The notes below the pieces were generated by a model, which made no database searches, was not told where the DNA came from, and worked only from the letters and a program-made list of their open reading frames with translations. This document shows, piece by piece, positions 62,265-64,000 of a stretch of DNA of 64,000 bases. Origin of the DNA: Podarcis liolepis. Lineage: Eukaryota. The position numbers and the translations under genes were made by a program. The DNA lies in assembly GCA_965112155.1 (NCBI GenBank), contig OZ218105.1, one strand, 5' to 3'. The first letter of the stretch is position 1, and each line of letters begins with the position of its first letter.

Positions 62265-64000
62265 TTGCAGCCTGATGGAATAGCTATAGCTAAGATGGCA
62301 GTTTAGGGAGCCGGGAGCCTGGTGGAGTTACTTTCTCAACACAGCCCTTAGAATGGCCCTGCTTCCCTCCCCCACTGTTGTAGTCTGATTTAACCGTTCC
62401 TTCCATTTTCCAAACTAGTGATATGATCTAGAAAATCCAAAAAAAATTGCAATTGAACTTCTTTGGATATTTCCTTGCTAAAACAATGAAGAGATTTAGA
62501 TCCATCAAGCTTAGAGTTGCCATATTTCAAAACGTGAAAAACCATACGGAAGAGTTGTTGAGCATTTTTTGCAAAATTGCAAAGAAATTGGGTGTTTTTT
62601 TAGCTATTCCTGAGGGAAATAAGGAAAAACAACACTGCCAACATCAGCTGCCAATTTCTGCCCAGACATTGCTTGCGACTGCAGTATTCTGGATATGTCC
62701 GGGAAATTCCAGACGTATGGGAACCCTAACCAAGCTATGCATATGTAAGCAGTGTTCTGCAGCTGCAGCTGTAACATTAAATGACTCCAATAAAATTATT
62801 CCTTCTCCCTGAAGCTAAACAAAATATTTTTGTTATCTGTTGCATCTCGTGTGAAATGTAATGATGAACTTACATTATATGTTAAGACCCTGCGTCCCAG
62901 TGCTAATTGAACAGTAAGCAAGGTCTAGCATGTATTACAAGGCAGTAAAATAAGCGTTCGGTCAAAAGAAAACCATAAACCGACTCTGCCATAAATCTTA
63001 TGTGTGCTAAGTGGCAAGTAAAAATTCTACCCAAATCCAAATGGTAATAACGGGATTCCATTCAAGTCCATTTATCAACCTTATGGACAGATTAAAACTG
63101 TATTACATTGTGAAGCTTAACCCACTGATATTGGGAATTAAGGTTTTCTGAAGCAAAATAATACAGATTTGAAAGTCTTATTATACTGGTCAGCTCCAAG
63201 GAATTAATAGGAAAAGATGTGCTTTTAAAATTTAGTCCAGTGCATTTTATTTTTTTTAACCAAACTGGTTCATTCTGCAATTCTGTAAAATATATGTACT
63301 TGGTAGGGAAGCATCATAAACACTGTCTATTTTGAAACCCTCATGATGTATACAATTCAGAGCTAAGTATAATCTAAATATAAATGAGCCCTCCAATAAG
63401 TTGCCCCCCTTTCTCTAGTTTCTAATAGTGTAGTGCCTACTTATGACAAGTATAGGGAAAGGGTCCCATTAAGCCCAGAAAAGTATTCTTTATGTGAAAA
63501 GAGAGAAAGAAAAGCACACACCACACTTTTTCCTTTAAAAGATGCAATATTCATGTGGAAATGGCCTCAATTACTTTTTATGAATAGGGCCCTTGGTGAC
63601 TAATTCTTTTCTGGGGAAGGTAACAGGCAAATGTTATCCAGATGCATTCCTCTGGAAGTATTCCCAGTTTCTGGAAGTGAAAACTACTGTACCTGTAGCA
63701 CAATGCCAGGCAGTCAGTGAAACATAATATTGGCATAAATAGCGCAAAGCTCACCCCCTCCCAACCGCTACAACTGCTCAATGCCTTACAGATTGGTTTT
63801 AAGATTTGTTTTATTTATTTAGTTCCATTTTTATTCCAACCAAATGCAGAAGCATGGGTAACCCTTTAAAACCCAAAAAGCACAGAAACCCTTTCTGAAG
63901 TTCGACTGTTGTTTAGAACAGGTTTATTTAGAACAGTTGGGGCCATGGAAAATTAGAATGTGTACTTTGAATGCTTGAGTTTCCATTCCGGGCCTATGGG

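Noticed and set aside
1-64000. Window-wide enrichment of TTTATGG/CCATAAA HOX sites
   Set aside because: I noticed about ten by eye, close to a rough chance expectation (~12) for 64 kb of ~60% AT DNA on both strands. Only local clusters were kept.

Overview
This is vertebrate nuclear DNA: AT-rich, CpG-depleted and repeat-rich, with one 140-N gap. The repeat set (Sauria/Squam1 SINE, MIR-derived Squam3-like SINE, CR1, L2, RTE and L1 fragments, Tc1/mariner and hAT MITEs) points to a squamate, most likely a lacertid lizard; this is inferred from recalled consensus sequences, not from a search. I found no intact protein-coding gene or convincing coding exon, so the window looks intergenic or intronic. 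The only host-gene-derived sequence is an intronless, frameshifted ATP6V0B retrocopy (about 45.41-46.01 kb). It appears to be tailless, with no 3'UTR or poly(A), and is bounded by a short direct repeat. Other points of interest are several multi-layer nested insertions with readable target-site duplications (TSDs), a solo-LTR family that may target CGCG, a perfect 23-bp hairpin probably made by template switching inside a SINE, a 5S-rRNA-derived head joined to a CR1-type tail, a hAT transposase fossil, and a few enhancer-like unique segments. I see no evidence for a novel multi-gene system. Nearly all ORFs in the supplied track are spurious or TE-derived.
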